DNA of 64,000 nt from Candidatus Krumholzibacteriia bacterium (GCA_050174015.1 JBFXKG010000001.1:96001-160000), one strand, 5' to 3'; shown: positions 40,001 through 49,239, counted from the stretch's first letter. Made by a program: numbers and translations. The notes: generated by a model from the letters alone, not told the origin.

Positions 40001-43000
40001 GATCGCGGGCATCGAACCCGGGATCGCGCCGAACCCCGACGGGGAACCCGTGCCCACGCTCAGCGAGGCCCAGGTCCTGTTGCTGCAGCAACGTCTGGAG
40101 CCCTACCACGATCTGGTGGCCCAGTACCATGCCGCGGGGGACCTGCCACTGATCGGGGTCGGCGGCGCCAGCTCCTACTCGCTCATCTTGGATCTCCTGG
40201 CCGACTCCGACCTGGTGGGGTTGTACGGATTCCAGGAGGTCTTCTATCCGACGGCCGACCTGTCGGCTCTCGACGGCCTGGTCATCGCCGAGACCGACAA
40301 CGGGCTCGACGTTTCCCGGGCCCAGGTGATCCGGGACTTCTTCGACAGCGGCCGCCCCGTGGTCCTGGGCATGGACGACCTGGACGCCGACTGGTACGAC
40401 ACCGTGCCCGCCCTGCTGGGCCCGGTGTTCGGCATCGCCACGCCGTACGACGGCGACCTCTGCTACAACGTCGGACTGAACCCGGATCATCCCGTCACCG
40501 CCACCGCCCCGCCCTTCGTGGTGGGCGGCAGCTGGTGCAACGACAACGACTACTACGTCCTCGCCGACGGGGACTGGCTCTTCCGCGACAACGTTTCGAA
40601 CCGGGCCTTCGGGGTCGCCCAGGCGACCCATGCGCGTTCGGTCCTCATGGGAGAGAACCTGGCCAACATCTGGACCCCCAATCCCGTCCTCAACGCCCAG
40701 GCCTTGATCTGGGCCATGGGCGGTCAGGGTCTGCCGATGGTCGATCCCCGGTCCGGGGTCGTGGCCGGCGGCCAGACGGCCCAGGTCACCGTCACGTTCA
40801 ACGCCCCTCAGGATTGCGGCCAGGACTACCTGTCCAGCATCCTGGTGTTCAGCAACGATCCGGTGAACCATACGGTCACCGTGCCGGTGGAGATGCGGGT
40901 CCTGGGCGAGCCGAACCTGGCGTTGTCCGACACGCAGCTCGTCTTCCCCCAGATCTACGTGGGAGAGACGGCGGTCGACTCCCTGGTCGTGACCAACAAC
41001 GGCTGCGACATCCTCGACGTCACCTCGGTGACCATCGCGCCCGGCCAGTTCGCGACGGTGACCGATCCTTTCAGCCTCGACCTCGGGGAGAGCCGGACCC
41101 TCGTGGTGGAGTTCACCCCCACGGCCGCCGGCGGGATCGTCGGGATGCTGGAAATCCAGTCCAACGATCTTGACCAGCCCTCGGTGGTGGTCGCGCTCGA
41201 GGGCGCCGGGATGTTCGCGCCGGCCATCGGCCTCGATCCTCTCGCCTTCGACGTCCAGGTCCCTGTGGGAGGCCTCCGCACCGAGCACCTGGTCGTCAGC
41301 AACAGTGGGCAAGGCACCCTGGAATTCGCGCTGACTTCCCTGGAGTCCGCCAAGGCCGCAGGCCCGGCGCCGATGGCCGCCTCCGGTGCGAAACCAGAGG
41401 GCGACAAGGTCCTGGTGGACCTGGACGTCCTGCTGCTCGGATCGGGAGATCTGAGCGTCGTCCGGTCCCAGCTGCTCGCCCAGCCGGGCATCCGCAGCGT
41501 GGACGTGTTCGAAACCAGGTACGCCGTGCCGGTCCTGGCGGACCTCATGCCCTATCATGCGGTGATCCTGGCCAACAACCATCCGTTCCAGGATCCTGTG
41601 GCCACGGGCGACGTGGTGGCCGATTACGTCGATCTCGGGGGCGGGGTGGTCCAGACCGAACCGTCCTTCGTCGTGGGATACAACCTGGCCGGCAGGTTCT
41701 GGGACGGCGGCTATTCCGCCTTCACCCTGGGCTTCGACCCCACCGGCGTCTCCACCCTGGGCCAGTACCAGGCCAGCCACCCCATCATGGACGGGGTGGG
41801 CGCCCTGTGGGGCGATCTGCTCGCCCAGACCAACCTCTCGGCCGGCGCTTCGTGGGTGGGCTCGTGGACCAACGGGTCCCCGCTGGTGGCCACCAAGGGC
41901 AACAAGGTCGTCGGGGTGAACCTGTTCGTGGCGTATCCGGGACACTGGACCGGCGATGCGGCCCTCTTGCTGCGCAACGCCGCGTTCTGGGCCGGCGGCA
42001 CAGCCTCCTGGCTCAAGCTCCCGGTCAGCATCGGGACGGTGGCGCCGGGCGACAGTCTGAGCCTCGAGGTCGTCTTCGATCCCGGCAACCTGCCTGAAGG
42101 CGATTTTTCCGCGGAGATCCTGGTGACCAGCAACGATCCGCTGGTTCCGGAGATCACCATCCCGGTCCGCATGGTCCTCGGCGGCGGCGGCGGGACCGTG
42201 GGGATGCAGATCCTCGCCCGGACGGGCGGGCTGGTCGATTTCGAGAACTTCCTCGGCGCCAGGATCGAGGCCACCGACGGTTACGACGGCGGGCTCGACC
42301 TGCCCGAGCCGACGCCTCCGCCCACGGGCTACCTGAGCGCCTACTTCCCCCATCCGGAGTGGAGCACGCCCTTCGGGGATCGCTTCATGACCGATTACCG
42401 GGCCATGTACGATCCGGCGGTCGCGGCCAAGTCCTGGGACTTCCGGGTCGAGACCGACAGTCCCGATACGGTGATCCTCGACTTCGACCCCTACTTCGCG
42501 ACGGACGGCACCTGGCCGGTGAGCCTGTTCGACCATGCCGCCGGCATCACGGTGAACCTGTTGCCGACCCTGCAGTACACGTTCATGCCGACAGGTGACG
42601 ACCTGTTCACCATCACCCTCGGCGCCCAGATGCCGCCGCTGGATCCCACCGCGCGGAACCTGGCGGCGGGCTGGGCCATGGTCGGTGCGCCGCTCGAACC
42701 GGCCGCCGGCGCGGCGACCTGGAACGACGTGCTGTTCGACGACCTGCCCGGTACGGGCTACCTGTTCTCCTACGAAGGAGCCGCGGGCTATGCCCAGGTC
42801 GATGCTTCCGATCCGGTGGTCCGGGGGCAGGGGCTGTGGGTGGCCACGACCGACGCCGCCGTCTGGACGATGACCGGCGACCGTGTGGAGGAGCCTCTCG
42901 CCGTCGGGTTGCGCCAGGGCTGGAACCTGGTGGGTTACCCGCTGTGGTTCCCTGCTTCGGTGGCCGGACTGACGGTCGAGAAGGACGGAATCTCCTACAC

Positions 43001-43976
43001 GTGGGCCGGTGCTGTGGCGGCCGGGCTGGTCTCTCCCCAGGTGTACGACTTCGACCCGGTCCTCGGCGACTACCTGCTGACCGTCGGACTCGAAGCCTGG
43101 CGCGGCTACTGGATCGCGGCCCATGCGGCCGGGGTCTCGGTCGTCTTCGATTACCGGTCCATGATGGCGCCTGCGGCGACCGTGGTCGCGGTGAAGGCGG
43201 AGGCGATGGCCGGAGGGAAACCGGCAGTCCAGAAGACGGCCGGTTCCACGTGGCAGATGACGGTGCGCGCGGGCGATTCCGCCGCCGTCAGCTTCGGCCA
43301 GTCCGAGGACGCGAGCGCCGGGTTCGACGCCGCTTACGACATGCCCGTCGCTCCGGTCTCCCCTGCGGGCCCTGCCGCGGTGAGCCTGGCGATCCCCCAT
43401 CCGGAATGGGGCCTGGCCACGGGTGACCGGTTCCGGTCCGACCTGACCGGGACGGAATCCGGTTCGTTGTCCTGGGAGGTCACCGTGCGTGCGGCCGAAC
43501 CCGGCCCGGTGACCCTGACCTGGGACGCCTCGGCCTTGCCGGCCGATCTGGACCTGCAGGTCTACCTGCCGGGCGAGAACCGGGTGGCCGGCACGGTGAA
43601 GGACATCTCCTCGGTCGTGGTGACCGTCGGGGTCGGCCCCGAGTCGGTGGTGTTCCGATCTGCGGACGGAGTGACCGACGTACCGTGGCAGCTCGCGGGC
43701 CTGGACCTGCACAACGTGCCGAACCCGTTCAACCCGAGCACCGATTTCCGGTTCAACCTGCCGGAAGGCGGCAAGGCCGTCGTGAGGATCTACGACCTGC
43801 GCGGCGCGATGATCCGGGAGATCGACGGCGGCGTGATGCCCGCCGGTCCCGCCCGGGTGCGGTGGGCCGGCCGCGACGCCCACGGCTCCGAGGTGGCCAG
43901 CGGCATCTACTTCTACCGCCTGTTCCTGGACGGCCGCCAGCTCGGCGAGACCCGCAAGATGAGTCTCGTCAAGTAG
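34062..43976 (+). CDS. Giant secreted S8 subtilase (3304 aa) with FN3, repeated Ig-like (choice-of-anchor D-like) modules and C-terminal FlgD-Ig domain
   Basis: IIDTGID, HGTHCAG, AAAGN, GTSMATPHVAG; many SNDP-ending Ig repeats; NVPNPFNPSTDF...SGIYFYRL tail. Confidence 0.93.
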   Translation: MSRRSIVVVACLLFSAITGIILPVPSFAQTEEFAPGEVIVKFAPTVSSSQAADFLAAAGAVRIKDFRRIGATLVRLEGMTVLEAIAAYAGSPAIEYIEPNYALRLLNTPNDPDYGLLWGMNNTGQTGGTPDADIDAPEAWDQFTGTGDVIVGIIDTGIDYNHPDLAANIWTNAGEIPGNGIDDDQNGWIDDIHGWDAINQDGDPMDDNSHGTHCAGTIGGVGNNGLGVPGVNWNVKLMALKFLSAGGGGYTDDAVECIEYAVAMGATLTSNSWGGGGYSQALEDAIADAYQAGQLFVAAAGNSGQDNDVYPNYPSNYDVPNVVAVGATDHDDDRVNTGLWASSFGATTVDVGAPGLDIYSTVPGGGYGYKSGTSMATPHVAGSLALLKGVFPALPPETARLVLINSADPKPQLDGLWVSGGRLNVNNMLAGMDTIPPAAVGDLAVIETASSWVDLQWTASGDDHLTGTAFAYDIRYADYPLDETNFDAAAVVDHELVPVPSGGVETVRAGNLDFLTTYHFALKVLDEYGNTSGISNLTSATTLGVPAIILDPTSLTVALETGQQAVRSVTVSNDGDGVLDFEAAAISVDPLAVAMRDAGLTVIDGIVPSGSRDEDGETVPALSPAEADLLLGRLADYSGAVAASGAASGLPVIGVGGGSGLDLQTFLMGNAQLAGLFVFEYVDYVFDDLTPYDGLIIAEYDFNLSEQGAVKLADFTGTGKPLFIGMDDFDDVWFGTIPGLVGPMLGIGAPADGNFCVNGPVNPSHPVTTGIPQAIVGGSWCNDNDSFTLDGADWLFRDGATGANFGVAYDGPARTVTMGENLASVWYANEQLNVNAVLWMMEGGGVPAVDPAFGSIPAGGSLDVDVIFDAADLCTDVFLSEVVFSSNDPGNPEAVVSAEMAVTGRTDIDLSSAALDFGAAFVNGQVLDTLRVRNAGCDVLSITSIVSDHPDFTLDTAAFDLSQGQGRDLVISFIPSDLGVRSGTLTIASTDPDEPVVTVDVQGVGLEAPVISVTPTSLNTSLLTGQVDVQTVTVSNLGGSDLAFSIRSAGLDTLGAPTGTARVLNPDAPEVPGIAYETGATPFRDPLPAPTVALGLPLAESLEILILGSGTFTEFQNELLAFAEISVVDVFNGASQAPTLADLEPYDVVILATGNPYYDPETTGNVLADYIDGGGGVVQAVAAFVEGFEVRGRFLSGQYGAYSLGYGPIGDGLLGTYDPTHPIMADVDYVYGDLLATAPLVPGAQLVASWNFGEPLVATQGDNVVGVNIYFASPGYWDGDAVLLVRNACLWLTGGAFWLRPEPREGILAPGGSLDVAVTLDATDLCTDTYLGELRITSNDPVNPEVAVQAAMMVQGEPDVAVSDTLLAYGQVLLGNAPADTLVIGNPGCDLLTIDAVTIDNPEFSTVAGPFGILPGGVTPLVVTFTPVTLGVKSATLTLTTNDPDEPVVVVLLTAEVLPAPVAGVDPTSLTSVLVPGGIDIQTLAISNTGGSDLDWSLRAVPRNPVAAAMQQAAIEAVAGLEPVPAINEDGETVLALDPEQRAEFSLRLDAYRTRAEQLGAFDVLPVIGVGGAASFDLMFQLLDSPELVAEFAFLEVDYWSDDLSALAGLAIAEFDANVTEASAGVLRDFFDSGRPIMMGMDDFDSVWSGPIAADLTAVFGVEAPQDGDLCSNGRLNPGHPINQGLPGFTIGGSWCNDNDHFQLAGAEWIIDESLQGRIFGTAHQSTARTVLLGESLAYVWSPNVQQNVNAILWMMQGGGLPKLDPSAGVLPAGGVQEVQVTFDATNLCGDVFLSDVILASNDPLQPEIVIPANLTVTGEPDIEPGVSVLDFGQVYLTATVMDTLWIHNNACGLLEVASIAIDDPVFSAEGGPLTIPGSASYPLAVAFAPADTGSFSATLTITSNDPDETVVTVDLLGRGVLGPEILVAPLSFTIDLVPGESATDLLEISNIGQADLVWNIGVAVRDTMAAALRSAASAAIAGIEPGIAPNPDGEPVPTLSEAQVLLLQQRLEPYHDLVAQYHAAGDLPLIGVGGASSYSLILDLLADSDLVGLYGFQEVFYPTADLSALDGLVIAETDNGLDVSRAQVIRDFFDSGRPVVLGMDDLDADWYDTVPALLGPVFGIATPYDGDLCYNVGLNPDHPVTATAPPFVVGGSWCNDNDYYVLADGDWLFRDNVSNRAFGVAQATHARSVLMGENLANIWTPNPVLNAQALIWAMGGQGLPMVDPRSGVVAGGQTAQVTVTFNAPQDCGQDYLSSILVFSNDPVNHTVTVPVEMRVLGEPNLALSDTQLVFPQIYVGETAVDSLVVTNNGCDILDVTSVTIAPGQFATVTDPFSLDLGESRTLVVEFTPTAAGGIVGMLEIQSNDLDQPSVVVALEGAGMFAPAIGLDPLAFDVQVPVGGLRTEHLVVSNSGQGTLEFALTSLESAKAAGPAPMAASGAKPEGDKVLVDLDVLLLGSGDLSVVRSQLLAQPGIRSVDVFETRYAVPVLADLMPYHAVILANNHPFQDPVATGDVVADYVDLGGGVVQTEPSFVVGYNLAGRFWDGGYSAFTLGFDPTGVSTLGQYQASHPIMDGVGALWGDLLAQTNLSAGASWVGSWTNGSPLVATKGNKVVGVNLFVAYPGHWTGDAALLLRNAAFWAGGTASWLKLPVSIGTVAPGDSLSLEVVFDPGNLPEGDFSAEILVTSNDPLVPEITIPVRMVLGGGGGTVGMQILARTGGLVDFENFLGARIEATDGYDGGLDLPEPTPPPTGYLSAYFPHPEWSTPFGDRFMTDYRAMYDPAVAAKSWDFRVETDSPDTVILDFDPYFATDGTWPVSLFDHAAGITVNLLPTLQYTFMPTGDDLFTITLGAQMPPLDPTARNLAAGWAMVGAPLEPAAGAATWNDVLFDDLPGTGYLFSYEGAAGYAQVDASDPVVRGQGLWVATTDAAVWTMTGDRVEEPLAVGLRQGWNLVGYPLWFPASVAGLTVEKDGISYTWAGAVAAGLVSPQVYDFDPVLGDYLLTVGLEAWRGYWIAAHAAGVSVVFDYRSMMAPAATVVAVKAEAMAGGKPAVQKTAGSTWQMTVRAGDSAAVSFGQSEDASAGFDAAYDMPVAPVSPAGPAAVSLAIPHPEWGLATGDRFRSDLTGTESGSLSWEVTVRAAEPGPVTLTWDASALPADLDLQVYLPGENRVAGTVKDISSVVVTVGVGPESVVFRSADGVTDVPWQLAGLDLHNVPNPFNPSTDFRFNLPEGGKAVVRIYDLRGAMIREIDGGVMPAGPARVRWAGRDAHGSEVASGIYFYRLFLDGRQLGETRKMSLVK

Positions 43977-44408
43977 TCGCGATGACCGCGCGCCGCGAAC
44001 GCGGCGCCATTCGGAAGGCCGCCGGATCCTCAGGGGTCCGGCGGTCCGCGTTGGTCAAGTCATGGTCACCCGCTTGCTGCAGTGGTCCGGATTGAAGCTA
44101 TGGAGGATTTTTTGTCCGAGAGGCGCGAAACTGCCTCATATGAGGCTATTTTGGTCCCGAGTTCGTGATGGATGGCTGTCAGGGGAGTGGGGGCGCGGGC
44201 GCCTCCGGGGCGCGTTTCGTGGTATAATAGCTGGCATATTCATGGTGATACTCTCGGCAATGGGGCGGGACATGAGGTTCAGGTTTTCCCCGGCATTTCT
44301 GATCGGACTTCTCGTCGTGTTCCTGGCCGCGATGCCAGCCAGGCCGATAGTGGGTACGGAATGGGCGGTCTTGATCCAATAGAAAACGGATCGGGAAAGG
44401 TGCGGTCC

Positions 44409-46220
44409 ATGTCTCGCAAGGTCTTGGCGACGGTGGTGTTTCTCCTGCTTATGGGCCATGGCTCATGGGCGGGTTCCCGGACCATAACAGTGGAAAATGA
44501 TGGCTCGGGGGATTTTTCCACCATTCAGCCGGCTTTGGATGCCGCGGCAGCAGGGGACACCATCCTCATCGGCCCTGGGGTGTATTCGGAAACAAATGAA
44601 TACTATCTTCCCGGGAATGGGAATTGGCAGGATATTATCGGTTATGTTCCTGTTCCTGATGTTACCGTCATCGGAGCAGGGAAGGAATTAACGCGGTTGG
44701 TTTATGCCGGCGGAGTACATCCCATTAAAAGGGCTTTTGTATATTTAGACCTCGGCGGGACCTTTCGGGTGGAGGGGATGTCTATTGAAGGGTTCTCTAA
44801 TGGGATTTTTATTGGAGGGTCAATTTTAAGTGTAAACAAATGTAATTTCGAGAGGAATTTTACTGGAATTTTTTGGTATTCTGCCGGATCCGGGGGGGGG
44901 GTCTTCAATTCCCGGTTTTCTTCTGATGATCCAATCAACTCCTATGGCCTGTGGCTGACTGGATTGGGCCGGGATATGGAAATTTCTGATTGCATTTTTG
45001 ACACGAATCAATTGGAGGTACAAGGGGTAACCAATGCGCTATTTTCCAGATGTGAAATTTTAGGTAGTCGCACTGGGATTCAGATAGAAAATAGCGGCGA
45101 AGTTATTCTCCAGGATTGTAGCATCCATGACATCGAGGGTGTTGGCATAAGTCTAATCTCCAATTCAAGTTGCAATATTTTTGAAAGTGAAATTTCCGGA
45201 GGGTGGGATGCGGCTTGGGTGCGTAGTTATGGTAGGCTTTTTTCTCTGAATTCTGTTTTTTCTGGTGGCACAGAATCTGTCATTCTGCTGGACTATGCTC
45301 AGCCGATCTCCATGCGGCATTGTGACTTGATTAAAGGATCAAGTGAATTAACGATCAATTGCAATACCCAACCTGACTACTACCCTGTACGGCATGATTT
45401 TCGTGGCAATTTCTGGGGAACCGAAGATGGAGATCAGATCGCCGAGTGGATCTATGACGGCCACGACGACCCAACGGTTCATGCCGAGGTCCTCTACACC
45501 CCCTTCGCCACGGGTGACAGCGATCTGGTGATCGGCCTTACCCCAGTTGACCCCGAGATCATCATCCCCGAAACCGGCGGCAGCTTCCTGTACGACGCCA
45601 GCATCGAGAACAACACCGGGATCGACATCGTGGCCGACCTCACCATCGAGGCGGTTCTTCCCGATGGGACGGCGTACCCCGTGATGGATCTGCCCGGTGT
45701 GGTACTTGCGGGGGCTTCGGTTCGGACCCGGATCGACATCGTGCAGGAAGTGCCTGCGGCGGCCCCGGCCGGGACTTACACCTACCGGGTATCAGCGAGC
45801 CTGGGCGACACCCTGCTGGTGGACACGGCCGAACTTCCGTTCGAAAAGCTGGGCGGAGGGGTGGCGGCAGTCGGCCCCATGAGCTGGTCCGTTACCGGCT
45901 GGCTGGATGATGACCGGCCCCCCTTTCAGGCGGGAGCGGTGAAGCCGGTCTTGTACGGCCCCGTCCCCAACCCCTTCAACCCCACGACCACGGTGGCCTT
46001 CGAGCTGCCCACCCAGGAAGCCGTGAGCCTGCACGTCTTCGACCTTCAAGGACGGCTGGTCAGAACCCTTCTCCGCGGCGAGGTCGTCCCCCAGGGGCGC
46101 CACGAGGCCGTGTGGGACGGCCGGGACGAATCGGGCCGGCAAGCAGCCAGCGGGACGTACTTCTTCCGGCTCCAGGCTGGCGGGCAGGTGGAGACGAAGC
46201 GTGCGGTTCTCGTGAAATGA
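44409..46220 (+). CDS. Secreted right-handed beta-helix protein with Ig-like and FlgD-Ig C-terminal domains
   Basis: DGSGDFSTIQPALDAAAAGDTILIGPGVY, parallel beta-helix repeats, NFWG, PNPFNPTTTVAF...SGTYFFRL. Confidence 0.85.
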   Translation: MSRKVLATVVFLLLMGHGSWAGSRTITVENDGSGDFSTIQPALDAAAAGDTILIGPGVYSETNEYYLPGNGNWQDIIGYVPVPDVTVIGAGKELTRLVYAGGVHPIKRAFVYLDLGGTFRVEGMSIEGFSNGIFIGGSILSVNKCNFERNFTGIFWYSAGSGGGVFNSRFSSDDPINSYGLWLTGLGRDMEISDCIFDTNQLEVQGVTNALFSRCEILGSRTGIQIENSGEVILQDCSIHDIEGVGISLISNSSCNIFESEISGGWDAAWVRSYGRLFSLNSVFSGGTESVILLDYAQPISMRHCDLIKGSSELTINCNTQPDYYPVRHDFRGNFWGTEDGDQIAEWIYDGHDDPTVHAEVLYTPFATGDSDLVIGLTPVDPEIIIPETGGSFLYDASIENNTGIDIVADLTIEAVLPDGTAYPVMDLPGVVLAGASVRTRIDIVQEVPAAAPAGTYTYRVSASLGDTLLVDTAELPFEKLGGGVAAVGPMSWSVTGWLDDDRPPFQAGAVKPVLYGPVPNPFNPTTTVAFELPTQEAVSLHVFDLQGRLVRTLLRGEVVPQGRHEAVWDGRDESGRQAASGTYFFRLQAGGQVETKRAVLVK

Positions 46221-47056
46221 CGAACTCCCGTAGGCCGGGGTCCACTTCCGGAAGTTTGGATCTTCCTGAGCGAATTCCATCACCCATGGACTTTCCCATA
46301 GAGCAAGTTTGTTGCAGCCGCGCACTTCATTTTGAACGATTATCCACCAGATGGGTTCGTACGAACCCAGCCACTGCTGTCCAAGATAAATCGGTTTTCC
46401 CCTGACCCGCCTCTGAACCCGTCCCGATTCCCTGATTTGGACGGGTTTTTCTGCCTGCCCGGGATCAGGCCCCCATTCTGCTGTCCAAAACCTAAAACCC
46501 CAAAGATATCTGTTCCCAGGGTGGCCCACCGGGCGGGGTCTGGAATGGTCGGCGGACTGACAGCCGGCCCTCCAGGGACGCAGCCTGATGGAGAACCCTC
46601 AGCAGGCGGCGCCCGGGAAGGAGGATCAGTCTACCCAGAAACGCAAACAGCACGGGAAACCGGGATTGAAGGCTGTTTTCGGGGATGTAGGTCCCCCGGG
46701 GGGCGGCTTTGGATGCCATTATCAAAAGGCCGAAAGGGGACCGAGCCAAGATCACGGCCTTTTCGGCGCAGATGGGGTTTTGACCTGGGACACCTCAATC
46801 TGAAAACCTATTTTGGACAGGTATGCGAACCCAGCTGGTTCATGATTCTTCAAGTTCTTGGGCAGACGCGAGCTTGCGAGCTGGATCATCCTGGTTGAGG
46901 CCCCGAACGGACTCCCCTCCAACCCAAGCCCGGCGGTCCGGGGTGCGTGTACCTTCTATCACTCCCAATTCAGTCCCCATTTCGATCGTAATAAGTCGTT
47001 GAATTTATTTATTTTATAATGAATTTCCAAGAAAAGATAAAAATTATCCACTTCCG

Positions 47057-47083
47057 GGAACTTTTCGAGGGCGCCCGTTCGTT
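47057..47083 (+). promoter_or_regulatory. ECF (SigH/SigR-like) promoter candidate
   Basis: GGAAC-N18-CGTT about 80 nt upstream of the 47164 gene; an ECF sigma gene lies two genes downstream. Confidence 0.5.
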
Positions 47084-47163
47084 GTCCCCGCAATGACAGC
47101 AGAAGAGGCCGGCCCCCCGGGCCGGCCGCCCACATCGAGGCCCCATCAGGGAGGACACTCCGG

Positions 47164-47844
47164 ATGAAATTGGCAACGCACACCTTCAGCAAGATCGCCG
47201 TCCTGGCGATCAGCGCGCTCTTCTTCGGCGCGGGGACCGCCACGGCCGCCGTGGTGGATTACGTGGGCTACGGCTGGGAGACCGGCGGGCTGTCCGACAG
47301 TATCCCCGGCGACGAGCTTTCGGTGGCCACCGTGGTCACCCAGATCGATCCCCTGTTCAACGTCGATCTCGGCGCAGTCGAGGCGACACTCTTCATCGAG
47401 GGCCTGTCCAGCCAGGGCGCCGTGGTCAACAACATGAACGGGACCACGACCATCTCCTACACCGGCGGCACCATCGCCATCTATGCGGGCGCCGACCGGA
47501 ACCACGACTGGGGCGTGAACCCCGCCAACGGGACCGTCCCGTCCACCTTCACCGATGGCGACCTGGTGTTCTCCGGCGCGTTCACGAGCTTCACCCTGAT
47601 CCTGCAGAGCTCGGGCCTGGGCGTGTTCGAAGGCTACATCGACGGCACGGGCGGATCGGCCCTGGCCGGTCCCTGCACCGGCTGCGCCTACACCTTCGCC
47701 GGCTCGTTCACCCTGCCGACCGGGGCCCAGATCCCCTCGGGCTACGACATGCAGATCGACGGCGTGCTCGAGGTCGAGTCGGCCGTGGGTACCGAGACCG
47801 TGAACTTCGGCACCCTCAAGCAGTTCTTCAACCAGGGCCGGTAA
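47164..47844 (+). CDS. Secreted beta-rich protein with C-terminal NFGTLKQFF tail
   Basis: GGAGG RBS, signal peptide, PSTFTDG motif. Confidence 0.8.
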   Translation: MKLATHTFSKIAVLAISALFFGAGTATAAVVDYVGYGWETGGLSDSIPGDELSVATVVTQIDPLFNVDLGAVEATLFIEGLSSQGAVVNNMNGTTTISYTGGTIAIYAGADRNHDWGVNPANGTVPSTFTDGDLVFSGAFTSFTLILQSSGLGVFEGYIDGTGGSALAGPCTGCAYTFAGSFTLPTGAQIPSGYDMQIDGVLEVESAVGTETVNFGTLKQFFNQGR

Positions 47845-47879
47845 GGCCGGGACACCGACATCGTGGAGGATGACAGACA

Positions 47880-48494
47880 ATGAAGAAGACAATGATCGCT
47901 CTTACGCTGTGCAGCATGGCCGCCCTGGGTTCGACCGCCTCCGCCGTGCAGCTGTTCGACTTCGACGGCCAGGCCATCTGGCCTGCCGCGCCCGGCGGGA
48001 CCGCCGTGGCCTACGGACGCATCGTCAACGGCGAGGCCGTGGAGGCTCCCCTGCCCTTCGACTTCGCGAACTTCGAGTACACCCTCGCGGTGACCGACCT
48101 GGTGCTGGACAGCACCGGTCCCACCAGCTTCTTCTCCGGCGGGATCGTGACCATCTACAAGGATGCCGCCACTCCCGCGGACTTCGCGGCTCCCGCGACC
48201 TTCACCGACGGCGAGGCCGTACTGAGCGGTGTCATGGCCACCTTCCAGCATGTGATGCTGACCGGGACCCTCGGCAGCGCCAACGGCTACGTGGACTGGA
48301 CCGGCGGCACCATGCTGAACGACCTGGCTCCCGCGGACCAGCTGGGCTGGCCCTTCGTGACCCTGGTCTCCCGTGCGGCCACCCAGGTGCAGCCCGGGTA
48401 CACCGAGAAGTGGGACGGCAAGATCGAGCCGATCGAGGAAGTGGTCGCGTCCGAGGCCGAGACCTGGTCCGGCGTGAAGGCCCTGTTCCGGTAG
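47880..48494 (+). CDS. Secreted beta-rich protein with C-terminal TWSGVKALFR tail; distant paralog of the previous gene
   Basis: GGAGG RBS, signal peptide; GG.(V/I).IY and P.TFTDG...SG shared with 47164. Confidence 0.8.
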   Translation: MKKTMIALTLCSMAALGSTASAVQLFDFDGQAIWPAAPGGTAVAYGRIVNGEAVEAPLPFDFANFEYTLAVTDLVLDSTGPTSFFSGGIVTIYKDAATPADFAAPATFTDGEAVLSGVMATFQHVMLTGTLGSANGYVDWTGGTMLNDLAPADQLGWPFVTLVSRAATQVQPGYTEKWDGKIEPIEEVVASEAETWSGVKALFR

Positions 48495-48612
48495 GGATCC
48501 GGTGGGGGGAATGGCCGGGATCCCCTGCTTCGGCAGTGGGTGGACACCGTGTGGGGATGCAGCGTGGGATCCCGGCCGCCAAATCGGATTGGGCTAGCGA
48601 AAACCGGAGGGG

Positions 48613-49239
48613 ATGGGTTACAATGGTCCCGAGGGAGAATGGACCCGTCAGACGAAGGACCTGCACCCGGTGTCGCCCCACCTGTCCGCCCCGGAAAAGC
48701 TTCGCTTCGAAGCCGAGATCGTACCCCACCTGGACGTGTTGTACCGGATGGCGCGCAGCGTGTGCTGCGACGCCGACGTGGCCGACGACGTCGCCCAGGA
48801 CGCGTTCCTGAAGGCGGTCAGGGGTTTCGGGGGCTTGGCGCCCGGTTCGAACAGCCGTAGCTGGCTCGCCCGGATCGTACAGAACACCTGCCGGGACCAC
48901 TGGCGGTCCCGCGCTCGCAAGGGCGAGGCCGGCTGGGACGATGATCTGGTCGAGGAAGCGGAGACGGCGGGAGCCCAGGTCGACTGGCAGCCGGCGATCA
49001 TCCGCGAGGCCTACGACGACGAGATCGAGCAGGCGCTCCGGGAACTCCCGCCGCGCTGGAGGATGTCGGTCCAGCTCGTGGACGTGGAGGGCTGGAGCTA
49101 CGACGAGGCCGCCGAGGGTCTGGGCATCGGCCCCGGCACCCTGAGGTCCGGCCTTCACCGGGCCCGCAAGGTCCTGTACGGAAAGCTGCTGGCCACGGCG
49201 GGCCGGCGGATCGAACAAGGAACGGAATCGAGGGAGTGA
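48613..49239 (+). CDS. ECF sigma-70 factor (start uncertain)
   Basis: RFEAEIVPHLDVLYRMA, ADDVAQDAFLKA, SWLARI, LRELPP..R...L.DVEGWSYDEAA...GTLRSGLHRAR. Confidence 0.9.
   Translation: MGYNGPEGEWTRQTKDLHPVSPHLSAPEKLRFEAEIVPHLDVLYRMARSVCCDADVADDVAQDAFLKAVRGFGGLAPGSNSRSWLARIVQNTCRDHWRSRARKGEAGWDDDLVEEAETAGAQVDWQPAIIREAYDDEIEQALRELPPRWRMSVQLVDVEGWSYDEAAEGLGIGPGTLRSGLHRARKVLYGKLLATAGRRIEQGTESRE

Noticed and set aside
36696..43883. 2395-aa minus-strand ORF
   Set aside because: Antisense shadow of the subtilase gene caused by GC-rich codon bias; no motifs. The same applies to 18..2168, 51096..54248, 61339..63606 and most Arg/Pro/Gly-rich alternative-frame ORFs.
44017..44047. GC hairpin after the subtilase gene
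   Set aside because: The stem is strong but lacks a U-tract, so it is not called as an intrinsic terminator.
46221..47160. ~0.9-kb intergenic region bounded by an 11-bp direct repeat TCCACTTCCGG (46241, 47047), considered as an insertion or ncRNA
   Set aside because: No transposase, terminal inverted repeats, tRNA/selC cloverleaf or recognisable riboswitch; short ORFs lack coding character; the repeat may be chance.
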